From: Octopus bimaculoides
Lineage: Eukaryota
Assembly (NCBI RefSeq): GCF_001194135.2
Contig: NC_068981.1
Span: forward strand, 20,692,042 to 20,756,041
Direction: 5' to 3'
DNA: 64,000 bases
The notes under the pieces were generated by a model. The model had not been told where the DNA came from. It saw only the letters and a program-made list of their open reading frames with translations, and did not search any database. Shown here one piece after another: positions 1-12,200 of this stretch (within the stretch, counting starts at the first letter, position 1; every line of letters begins with the position of its first letter). Made by a program: the position numbers and the translations under genes.

Positions 1-237
1 GGCACATAAAAGAAACCATTTCGAGCGTGGCCGTGTTCGTGCGGGTGACACGTAAAAGCACCCACTACACTCTCTGAGTGGTTGGCGTTAGGAAGGGCAT
101 CCAGCTGTAGAAACTCTGCCAAATCAGACTGGAGCCTGGTGTTGCCATCCGGTTTCACCAGTCCTCAGTCAAATCGTCCAACCCATGCTAGCATGGAAAG
201 CGGACGTTAAACGATGATGATGATGATGATGATGATA
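1..237 (+). mobile_element. RTE-type LINE 3' end with (GAT)n tail, young subfamily
   Basis: Same sequence follows the RT stop codon at 61250-62290; intact CpGs; near-identical to 807-975, 57004-57387 and 59761-60088. Confidence 0.8.
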
Positions 238-289
238 AGCAGCGATAAGAAATATATCTAGAATGAAGAGTGTAATTTTTAAATATTGT

Positions 290-620
290 GCCAGTGGAGG
301 CACCTGTGACAGTGGAATGTTAAAAGCACCATTCAAGCATGATCATTGCCTGGGCTGCCTGACTGGCTCCCGTGCAGGTGGCACGTAAGAAGCACCATTT
401 GAGAGTGGTTGATGTCAGTCCCGCCTGACTGGCCCTCATGCCAGTGGCACGTAAAAGCACCCACTACACTCGGAATGGTTGGCGTTAAGGGCATCCAGCT
501 ATAAAAACTGCCAGATCAGATTGGAGCCTGGTGCAAACTTCTGGTTCACCAGCCCTCAGTCAAACCGTTGAACCCATGCCAGCATGGAAAATAGATGTTA
601 AACGATGATGTTGATGATGA
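290..620 (+). mobile_element. RTE-type LINE 3' UTR copy, older
   Basis: Hairpin modules, gggcatccagct core and GAT tail; ends approximate. Confidence 0.75.
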
Positions 621-806
621 GATTCATGGGAAAACATTGGTTTGTGAAAGTTGATAGAGAGTAAAGGGACAGCTCTAGCAGAAAGAAAATTTTAGCAAAA
701 CTAATAACAAGAGCTACATGGAATTGCTTTTGATAGTTTCTGGTGTACTCAAGACATCAGCATAGCTTGGTGTTCTTTTAGCCACTACTAGTATTTAAGG
801 AGTGTA

Positions 807-975
807 ACTACACTCTCTGAGTGGTTGGCGTTAGGAAGGGCATCCAGCTGTAGAAACTCTGCCAAATCAGACTGGAGCCTGGTGTTGCCATCCGGTTTCA
901 CCAGTCCTCAGTCAAATCGTCCAACCCATGCTAGCATGGAAAGCGGACGTTAAACGATGATGATGATGATGATGA
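807..975 (+). mobile_element. 5'-truncated young RTE 3' end
   Basis: Appears identical to 64-232, including the (GAT)n tail. Confidence 0.85.
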
Positions 976-1249
976 ACACCACTAAAGTGAACCGTTACAA
1001 AAGTACATATGCACAAGAGGGAGGACACTGAAAATATTTCAAGATAGCAGTTTTAATATTAGAGTTAAGATGCCTAAATATATACAGCCAAGTTGTCTGA
1101 CCACAATATAGAACCACCACAATTACTACAACTTCTATAACTATATTTTAAAGAGAAATGAATGAGGGGTGTTTAGTAAAAGACAACTTTAGCAACTACT
1201 TTAACAGAGCTCTCATGTTCTATTGTTTGGTGGATAAAGATAGACGGAT

Positions 1250-1685
1250 ACAGGCATGGCTGTGGTTGAGAAGTTTGCTTCTCAACCACATGGTTTCAGG
1301 TTCAGTACCACAGCATGACACCTTGGGCAAGTGTCTTCTACAACAACCCTGAAGCGGATCAAAGCTTTGAGTGGATCTGATAGATGGAAACTGAAAAAAA
1401 CTCAATGTATATGTATGTGTGTGTGTGTGAGAATGTGTGCCTGTTTGTATCTCCTTGTTGTAACATCATGTGATAGTCATAGTTGAGTGTCATTTGTCAT
1501 ACGAGTAATGTCATTAATTTCCAATATTCTTCAAAAACATATCTGGCCATGGGGAAATATTAACTTGCTTGGAAACAGGTGAGAGTTGACAACAGGAAGG
1601 ACATCCAACTGTAGAAAGTCTACCTCAATAAACGCTGTCTGATCCATGCAAATATGGAATAGTGGCTGTTAAAACAATGCTGATA
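1250..1685 (+). mobile_element. tRNA-derived SINE family A with RTE-like tail
   Basis: Head ggcatggctgtgtggttgagaag...ggttcagt (A/B-box-like), (TG)n middle, tail ggaaggacatccaactgtagaa...gttaaaacaatgctgat. Confidence 0.7.
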
Positions 1686-1924
1686 GACGTGGACAGAGGA
1701 CACAAGTGAACTTTTCATATTATGTATCGGGAGAACAAAGTGATAGCAATATTTTTTGATGGGGTTAAGACAGAGATGAGAATTCAGAATGTAGATGTGG
1801 TAGGGGAAGAACTGAACTGAAACTGCCATTTGATGATTCAACCTCACAGATGAAACAGCATAAGATCTCAACAGATAGAAAAGAATGCAAATTTACAGAC
1901 AGCTTCAAACAAACAGGCAAGTAT

Positions 1925-2420
1925 GTCATCTTTTCCTTGCTAGTATGTGTTGGATAGTTTGACAGGATCTAGTGAGTTGGAAGGCTGCATCAAACTCCAG
2001 TGTCAGCTTTGGCATTGTTTCTGTGGTTTGATGCCCTTCCTAATGCCAAACACTTTACAGTGTGTGCTATGTGCTTTTATTCATGCCACCAGCACTAGTG
2101 AAGTTGCCAGGTAATTTTTAAGACAAGAACTGGTAAAAGTCTCCTCAACTAAGTGGTGGAGGGATATTGAGAGGAAGGGATAGCTGTATGTCAGGTGTTG
2201 AGAGGTGTTAAAGCATGGCTGAGGGACAATCCTGAGTGTCTTGCTATAGAGGAGATACATTATACAGGGGAGGGCAGGAGTAGATGGAGAGAAGATAGAG
2301 ATGGTGGTGTCTAGAGCATCTGAAGATACAAGATGGTTAGAAATGGGGTCCAGATGAATACAGTGAGTGATGAATGAAGGTGGAAGTGCATTTAATGAAA
2401 AAATACCTGTATGGAAAGGG
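1925..2420 (-). mobile_element. RTE-like tail joined to a purine/pyrimidine-skewed body
   Basis: Tail core on the minus strand followed by gtgtcttgctatagaggagatacat body; similar copies near 13020-13600, 17300-17720, 27460-28420 and 63190-64000. Confidence 0.55.
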
Positions 2421-2470
2421 GATATGATAAGAGATGTATATGCATATAAAAAAGCAAACAAAAATCTTAC

Positions 2471-2641
2471 TTTGATGCCAGCATTTCTTAATAACTCCAG
2501 TGTAGGTCTTACACCATCTTGAAGTTTATCTTCAACTCCTGTAAGACACAAAAGTTCCATATCTCGCTCTAAGCCTTCAATAACAGCTTGCATCTTCACA
2601 TTTCGATCATGAACACACATTTTAGCTTGGTGATAACGTGT
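2471..2641 (-). CDS. ATP9B: ATP9 exon p (last exon visible)
   Basis: tccag|[57 protein letters not shown]|gtaaga; the expected next exon (WMLTGDK) was not found in 1-2470. Confidence 0.96.
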
Positions 2642-5600
2642 CTGGAAAATAAGAACACAAAATATTCATCAATATTTCTATCCCAACAGTCAAGAAGAAT
2701 CTACAAAGTCTATGGGTAATATCCTTTTTTTTTTCTTGTACTAAATGATAAGACAAACAAAAATTTTCTGATATTGTTGCTATTGTAGTTAACTTTCAGC
2801 TCTTTGTAGGATCTCACAATAAAGAACATCTCAGACGAACATCTTCAGATGTAGTCGAAAGACAACCCCACTCATCTGTTATTCACACAACCCTTAAGAG
2901 CAATGCTTTAATCAGCAATATATACATAAGGATCACACTGCTCCAAGTGAACTAATGTATAATCTACAGACTATTTATCTCCCCTGAATTATATAACCCA
3001 CCCCCAACCCCAGCTCTGATTGCACAGGTTTCCAGCATGTAAGTAGTGTGATGAAACTGACACGGTTTGTTAAAGAATATAGACACTTCTTTATTCTTGT
3101 AACAATGTTATTCACAATGTTATAATTTACAACAACTCTTAAGTTATTCACCATAACAACTATCAATAACAATGTGACAATCAACAACACAGAATTGACA
3201 AGCTCCACAAGATCACTGTCAGATTAACAGGCTTTTTTTTTTACTATATTCGATGGCATACATGCAAACTTAGGCTTATAGTGCATACGTTAATGCACTA
3301 CTGAAATTGTGGGGTGTTTAATATGCCTAAGCATCTTTTATGCCATCGAATGCAGTGTTTTCATAGAAAGAATAACAAAAGAGAAATATTTTCCAAAGTT
3401 TGAAAAAGGTATACTAACTTCAAAATCACAGTATTGCTCCTCTGACAGGTTCTTCTTGGCTACAACTAAAGTACGCAAACCTTCTCGGGCCATATTTCCA
3501 CACTGAAATAAAAGATAATCCATTACTATAGGTATTAATAAGAACTTAACATTGTAGATAGCTCCTACAGACAATGTATTTATTTCAATTATGAAATGAA
3601 GCTACAACAGTGAAAGTTTTATTTCTTTCCAGATTTTGAACTTAAGATGGAATAATATTGGATTTTAACATTGGCCAAAATTATTTGGAGGGAGAGATAG
3701 TCAACTCAACTCTGATATATTACTGGTATATATTTTATCAACTGCAGAAGGATGAAAGGCAAAGTCAACTCAACAGGATTTGAACTCAGAACATACAGGG
3801 TCAGTGTTAAATACTGTAAAACACTGAATTCCATCACCCTGTCATTTCTGCTATTCACAAGCTGGAACACTAATAAAGGTCTCCTCTAGAGTGGCCCGTC
3901 ATAAGCACCAGTCCTTGTTGCAGTGTGGAAGCTTGTGTGCTTCTATAACCCTGAGAGCTATGCCAGCAGAGCACAAACTCTTGGTAGGGCTTCCATGTTG
4001 CACCAGTAAAAGGATAAAAGCCAGACAAATATGACCACCTTTTCTCAAAGGTAAGAATGGGTTTGCATAGGGCCAACATCTCTACTTTAAAAAAAACAAA
4101 TCACAGTAGCATCAATGACAATTCAAAACCAACAAGGCCTGGGAGAGGAAGGCCTTTCCCTCAGGGAAACACAATGCCCTAAAAATAGTTAGAGGTGAGA
4201 TATGGATGCAGAGCTGAAAAAGGAGAGATCCAACTGGAGAAAAGCAGAAAAGACAGCTCAAAATGAAGAGCAGAGGAAAAAAGTCATTGACAGCTTATGC
4301 TCCACAGGGAGCAAAGGGCTTAATTGAGTTTAAACCAACAGGAGTAGAGTAGAAAGAAGGATATCTAAAATAATGATTTCTTTAAGGACATTCAAATTAA
4401 TTGAAATATTCAGATCAAATATTACAAACCTCTTCTTCAAGCCAATCGTTATACTGAACAATAGTTGTCATGACAACATCAGCTCCTTTCAAATAAAAGG
4501 TGATATCTCCAGTTTGTTCTTCCTGTGAAAGATAATACTTTCTTTATTAATAGCTTCACTGATCAATATTAACAGGGGATTTTTTTTTTTTTACAAGTGC
4601 TGAAAATATTACATGACATTTTGTGAAAGATATTTTATACAGAATATGATTGGAAACTAAATAAATGAATATTTTTTAAAACTCTAAAAACAGATTTTTC
4701 AGTAGTTACATAATTTTGGGTTGCAAATTGGAGCAAGTAATGATTGAAAAATACATTGTTAAAGAAGCTCAATAGAATTATTTATACGTCAAAGGTAAAA
4801 TACTAACTTTTACAATAATTCCCATTCGTTTAGACTCTGAGGTGAATGGAAACAACTGTAGAACTGAATAATTAATTAGTGTTCCCATAGGGTTTTTCAA
4901 CTGAATTAAGTTTAGGTCCCGCTTTACCAACGTTAGACCAACTTCTTCAGTCCATTTCACCAGCGCCACCTAGCAGAAAATACAGAAAAGAATTTTAAAA
5001 CAAAACAATACATTTCGAAATATTAGATTTCATTTAAAAATTAGAAAAAACAATTTAGCCTAAAGGCATAACTGTGTGGTAAGAAACTTGCTTCCCAAAG
5101 GACGGAAAGCTGGCAGAAATGTTAGCACGCCGGGCGAAATGCTTAGAGGTATTTCGTCTGCCGCTACGTTCAGAGTTCAAATTCCGCCAAGGTCGACTTT
5201 GCTTTTTATCCTTTCGGGGTCAATTAAATAAGTACCAGTTACACACTGGGGTCAATATAATCGACTTAATACCTTTGTCTGTCCTTGCTTGTCCCCTCTG
5301 TGTGTAGCCGCTTGTGGGCAGTAAAAAAATAAAGAAATAAGAAACTTGCTTCCATGAAGTCCTGGGTAAGTGTCATCCACTATAGTCTCAAACCAACCCT
5401 AACCTTTATGAGTAGATTTGATAAAAGGAAACTGAGTGGAAGTCTGTCACTCTAAAATACCACCCTCAGCATCACCCCCAATTGAGAACATTAACAACCT
5501 TGGAATCAAAGAAGCAAGAACTGCAGGACTGCATGAGAACCCTCATAAATGACCAGAGAACTGCAGAGAAAGCCTGGGCTATTAAAAACATCAAGAATAA

Positions 5601-6245
5601 TCCTAAGGTGTTTTGCTCTTTTGCAAAAAAAGACATAGGGCCACAGTTTCCTTTATTGGCCCACTGGTTGATGGAAACAGCATCCTTCACAGTGATGCCA
5701 AAGACATGGCTGAGATCCTGCAAAGTCAATACTGCTCAGTCTTCAGTGACCCTGAATCAGTTGACTCAAGCAGTTTTGCTTCTTTGAATCCTCAACATGA
5801 CCTTTCCGACACAACCTCTGATGCCACTGACATCCTAGCAGCAAAAAAATAAATGAAATCTGATTCAGCAGTGGGTCCAGACAGGTTCCCTGCTAGAGTG
5901 CTGAAGGAATGCAGACAGCAGCTTGCAGCTCCTCTTGCAAATCTCTGGAGGAAATCATTGGATGCCGGTTTTATCCCTCAAAACTTTCTCTCCAATCAGT
6001 CATTCCTCTCTTTGAAAAGGAGAATAAATCACTCCCTGTAAACTACCAACCAATCTCACACACCTCACATATCATCAAAGTATTTGAGAGAGTTTTGAGA
6101 TCAAGAATAACAGCCTTCCTAGAAAATCATCTCCTAAATTGCAACCAGACAATGCCCAAATGACCCTACTATACTGTGTAGTTGACAAAATCAAAAAACA
6201 ATGTGCAAAATAATATAAAATGGTGACAATTTACCCATCGCACCC

Positions 6246-6293
<48 letters not shown>

Positions 6294-9200
6294 CTTGCAT
6301 TTGTCCCCAACTACTGCTTGACAACCAGTGTTTTGTTTGTCTCCATAACTTAGTGGTTTGTCAAAAAGAGACCAAAAAAATAAGTACTGGGGTCAATTTG
6401 CAGGTGACTGTGCATAGAAATAAACAGGATACACTCTTTTAAATGTGCATTGACCCACCCACAGATTAAACAGCTCAGAGAAATTTAGAAAACAGGTGTG
6501 TTGATTTCTACTTTCTACTAAAACTACTTCCTAAAACTTTCAAATTTATATGGAAACAATTATCTATATTCTGGAAGAAATACACAAGAGGAGAAAGAAA
6601 TATAAAATGTGATGGTGATAAATATTTCAAATTTGCAATACCTCATCAGGACTCGATGCTTGGTAAACAACTTTCTGATGTGACATTTGGTTGACATCTC
6701 CATTAGTATTGCTGTCAGTATCATTGACATTTTCAAAGACTGGTGTTACATTATGGCAGAGTGCAATTGCTCTTACAGCTTCAAATGCTCGAGTAATAAC
6801 TGTACGCCGTATAGGTCCAGTATGGCGCTGAGACATTGAAGACATCTGAGAGAATCCAGTTTTCACATGTAAACTAACCTGTGGAAGGAAAAATGAGGAA
6901 TTATTACAAAACAAGCTAAATTAAAGTTAACATAGTTAATGCAGTGAACTAACAAACTACAAATAATTATATGGTGAAGAAAAAACAATATTAGCCAATG
7001 ACTAATATTATTATTATTTCAGTTACTTACAGAAGATAACTTTGAACATGATTTGGTTTTATTAAACACCCTCAAAGAACAGACTTCACTGTACTTCCCA
7101 AAGTAATGATGAGTAAATGCATGAGTGTACACATGTAGGTTTGAACATTAAGTATTTTGAAGAATAAATTACTGAGAGAAATCATAACTAAACACAGTTA
7201 AGCTAATCCATGTCTACATACATTACATTAATAAAGCTAGACTAATCCATGTCTACATACATTACATTAATAAAGCTAGACTAATCCATGTCTACATACA
7301 TTACATTAATAAAGCTAGACTAATCCATGTCTACATACAGTAATACAGCTAACATAATCCCTTCTACATAAATGACAATAATAGTTAATCCAGTAAGTCC
7401 AACTTTAAATATTAGACAATTTTCTGTCTTTCTTCAGCTTGCCTGAAGCCTCAACCTCCTATGGAATTGTACAGGTGCTGCCATGACATACTTTTCACCA
7501 GTGTTCACCATTTGTTACAGCTGTATGTGGTAAAATCTAAATCAGTCAGCATCATCAAACTGACCTTCCTAGACTTCCTTGGTGTAATGGTAAAGCCTAT
7601 CTCCTCATAGTTTTTTACTGCTTGCCAGAAGGACATAATCCAGAACCATACCAAGGATAAAGTATACCAACATGTCCACCTTATAGGACTCCAACTCACA
7701 ACTCAACTATTCAGAAAAAGCATATAGTTTTGCTCACTTAAATCAATGGTCCTATTTTTGATGACTGGCTAATAATAAGGGCATCTAGATATTGGAACAT
7801 TTACTCCAACAACATATATCTGTTCAAATTTACACAACATGAAGGTAAAAGGAATATAAATAAATCCTACATGGCTATAAACAACTTAATCAAGCCATTG
7901 TGTTAAGAGTGATATGTTAGTAAAGAAATGGTAGGAATAGCTGAATGCAACCTCGCTAAGAGAATAATTATTCAACTAAACATTTAGATTACAAGTGATA
8001 AATCAACTATTATAAAAAAATATTTTCACAAAATGAAAATTGCTTCTACTCCGATATCTTCTTGTAAAATATTCTGACATTGTTTGAAACTACTAAACAA
8101 TTTTTTTTACACTGTTAATTCAGTACTTCATCATTAAATCAATACCTCTATCTACTCAGCTGAAAGTTCAGTGAATTGTTCAACATAAAATACAGCACCA
8201 CTGCTATGAAAAACTCACAACCCTTCGGCCAAGAACAACTTTATATGAGCTTAGCTTATTTTTATTTCCCTTTATAAAAATATTCAAATAAATGCCTTAA
8301 TTATAGTGACAAATGTCTGGACTTTCACTGAAAATGTTCTCACCTCATCCATCGTATCAGAAGCAAAAGATACTGTGCCAAGATGAAGCCTTTTGAAAAC
8401 CTGACAAAATAGAGAAAACTTTAGTCAATATGTTATACTAACAAGTACTCGATTTATATAATCAGCATGCAACTTCATTTCTGTTTTGATGTTTTGAACC
8501 ACTCATTTCAGCCTTATGAAATGGACTGTAACAATTGGTGTTATAATGTTCTGGCTGTTTTTGTTCAAGCACTCAACATTTTGTCATTTAGATTTTATTT
8601 AGTTCTAGGACTGAAGAGTAAATATTTGTTTAAATTTACTTTTTAATAATGTTTCAGCAGAATTGTTTGATTGTTGTTGCTTGACAGAGCAGGCCTATGA
8701 TCCAAAATGTCCCATCAACATCATCATCATCATCATCATTTAACATCCGTTGTCCATGTTGGCATGGGTTGGATGGTCTGACTGGGCTGGCATGACGGAA
8801 GGCTGCACCAGACTCCAGTCTGATTTGGCATGGTCTTCTACGGCTAGATGCACAGCCTAACACCAATCACTCCGAGAGTGTAATAGGTGCTTTTACATGC
8901 CAATGGGGTGCATTTACATGCCACCAACATGGGTGCCAATTTGCATGACATGGTATCTGCCATAACTGCGATCTTGCTCGGCTTGGGTCTTCTCAAGCAC
9001 AAATATCACATACTTTCTTCTTTTCAACAGAAAAGGGTAGAGTGATTCTTGATCACATAGAGGCACTCATTTGCTCACCAGCTGAGGGGGTCTTTGTCTT
9101 GCAAATTATTTGGCAACTCTGCTGGTGTGCACCCAGTACACTCTATAAAGTGGTTGATGTTAGGAAGGGCATCAAACAGTAGAAACCATGCCTGAGCAGA

Positions 9201-12200
9201 CAATGGGACCTGGTGCAGCTCTCTGGCTTGCCAGCTCCTGTCAAACCATCCAACCCATGCCAGCATGGAAGACAAGCATTAACTGATGAGGATTTATGCA
9301 TATGTGCACAAATATTGTGCTTAAATACACATATTACTACTCAAAGTTAATTTACACATCTCAAAAAACAAACAAAATCTAAAATTCCTATGTTAAAATT
9401 ATAGATTGTAAGAAAGTTGGACATCAAATCCTAAAAACTGATCTAAACAAATTGGTCAAAAGTTTACATTTTCAGTATAAAATGGGTTTTTCAATCAAAT
9501 CTTGGTTGTATTATCGATAGCAGAACCAAAATGAAAGCATCTGCAACTTACAAGCATAAACTGAAAACAATCTCAAATTTACTATTTACGCATAAGTGTT
9601 AATTTAATCACCATAGTTGGTATGGTATATCACTTGCAATACTGAGATATCAACAAAAGACAAGTAGATTCATTTGCTACTGGATCCCTTGTTTTAAATC
9701 ACATTTTTTGTTTATTTTGGATATCTACATAAAATTAGAGATTTTCTTTTTAGAAAAGTATTCACTATTTTCTTTATTTTATCTCAGAACATTTGTTCAT
9801 TTATTTTAAGTCCATAACCATGGTAACTATCCATTAACTAATAACATTTTTAGATATCTTCTTGACTTATCTATTAATAAAGTATTATAGAAAAAATATT
9901 ACCATTTCGTTCTGTGTTAGAGTTCCAGTTTTATCAGACATCAAGTAACTAATTCGTCCCAATTCCTCTGCAATTGTTGTACTGCGAGCAATTGTTCCTT
10001 CAATATTTTTATCTTTTTGAATCATCCAAGAATAGACAGCCTTTCCCATGTCCAGGTTCACACGTAAACTAGAAAACCAAACATTAAACAAATGGTCTTT
10101 ATTAATTAACTACATTATATGAGTTCAGTCTAAATTGGAAATATATCAACAGCTAATTAACAAGCATTTAATATTGTTTGAAGAAGTGAAAGAAGAACTT
10201 ACCTAATAGGAATTATATAAGAAAATAACAAAATATATCTGAAGAGGTATATATACCAAGGTCCACCAAATCCCTGAAAAATATTTTAAATAAACAACTT
10301 GTTTAAAAATAAAATATAACATTAAGTTATAATCATTGTATTTTGGTTATTTCAGTATCAAATGTGCAGGACTCAAATAAACTCTCCCATTTGGTGGTGA
10401 GAGTTGCTATATAGCCCTCACATTTATTTAATTAACTAATTGAACATCTAGGTGGTGGTGTTTGGCATTCCAGCCACAATCATGCTGTCTTTTAATCAGT
10501 TATCGTGTAACACAATATCCAATATGTCCTTCATATTTTCGGGCAGTAAAGTATTGGAAAATTTGTCTGCTATTTCTTGCAGGTTAAGTGATTATAGAAG
10601 TTCTCTGAGTACAACATTGAAGTATGAATCAGAGCCAGATTCCTGAATATTCCTGGACTTTGCCTGGTTGAAGATCACATGATACACTCAGGTGAGAATA
10701 TAAAAGGGATCAGATTTAGGTTTCTGATATTTTTTCAGTCTAACAGCATAGCGCAATAGTTAAAGTGACCACCACACTCCAATTAATATGTTCCACTATA
10801 ATGGCCATAGAAATATTTTAATTTCAATTTTACAATATTTTAAATTAAATGTCAAAGTAAAGAGATTTTCTTTCAATAATAGTAAATATAGAATCCTAAT
10901 GAAAGAAAAGTCAGACAATATCAATATAGAACAAAAGATAAATCCAAATAAGATTCAGAAAAGGTACAATGGAAGAATATTATGTTGAAAAGGAGGAATT
11001 ATTTGATTCAATAATTAAAAATAACTTCAGTAATGTTTGTACTTCCAAAGTTATATAAATGACAAATGTTTTCAAAATTATCCCAGCTTGGACAATGGGA
11101 CATAGAATGGATAAAAACAGAAGTACAAAGGAAATAGAGAAGAAAATATAAATAAATATGGGTTAATACTTTGTAAGAGAAATGAATTATGAATTTACCT
11201 TTAGTATAATCATAACAATTGCTAAGATGACAACAGCCAGAAATAATACTTTGGTGATATTGTTGATCTCAACATCAAGCAATCCTACCTGAAAAAGCAA
11301 AATATAAACAAAATATTAATAATAATAATTAAAGTGAAAGTTATCACAATCAACTGAATAGCTTCCATTTCTTACCCTAAACTTAAAAGCATATTCAGTT
11401 TTTATTATGTCATAGAATCTTTTGGTAGGATTTGGTTTCAGAACTAGAAGCTAAAGATACTTCCCATTTATAATTCACCATCATCAACACCATTTTACAT
11501 CCACTTTCTACGTTGACACGAGTTTGACAAGTTATGATGAACTATTAGTTCTTATTCAGAGCTACTGCCCTCATAGCTGTGTCAAAGGACAGCATCAAAC
11601 TCATACACTTCATTTTTGGTTCCTATGGCTAACACCAACCACTTTAGAGTACACTAGGTTCACTGAATCATGGCACTAGCTCAAGAGAGGTGGTCATATC
11701 GTTGACAAGATTAAATGATCCTCTCAACCCCACATCTCCATTAGTCTACCAAATACTTTACAGAGTGTTCTGGATGGATGTTATAGTGGCACAAACATTA
11801 ATGGGGTTGCCTAATATCCCATATGTAGTTCTACATAATTAAGAGTTGTCAATTATGTAATAAAATATCTTGATTCCACATTAAAAGTGTCTATCAGGTA
11901 CATGAAATATCTTAAAGCATCTGCACTGATTGGATAAAAACAGACATTTCTCAGCATACCAAGCTATAATATGAGCATTTATCAAACCATTTTTTAAGTA
12001 GTAACGTGCACATCTAAATCTCACAAAATGAATGAAATTTACTTACTTTGCTCTTTGGCTGTGATGTATTCATCACACTGCGTGTATCCATACCAGTATA
12101 AATGACTAATCCTAAAGCAGTACCAGAAGCAATCACTGTGTTTGCCCATAATACATTTTCAATACTCAAAGAAGCTTCAGCGCTATTTTCACCTGTCTGA

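Noticed and set aside
2081-2470. Extension of the 179-aa ORF beyond NAGIK
   Set aside because: Read-through past the GTAAGA donor into repeat-derived intron sequence
5096-5200. tRNA gene
   Set aside because: A/B-box-like head but no cloverleaf; continues into SINE body, A-rich tail and TSD
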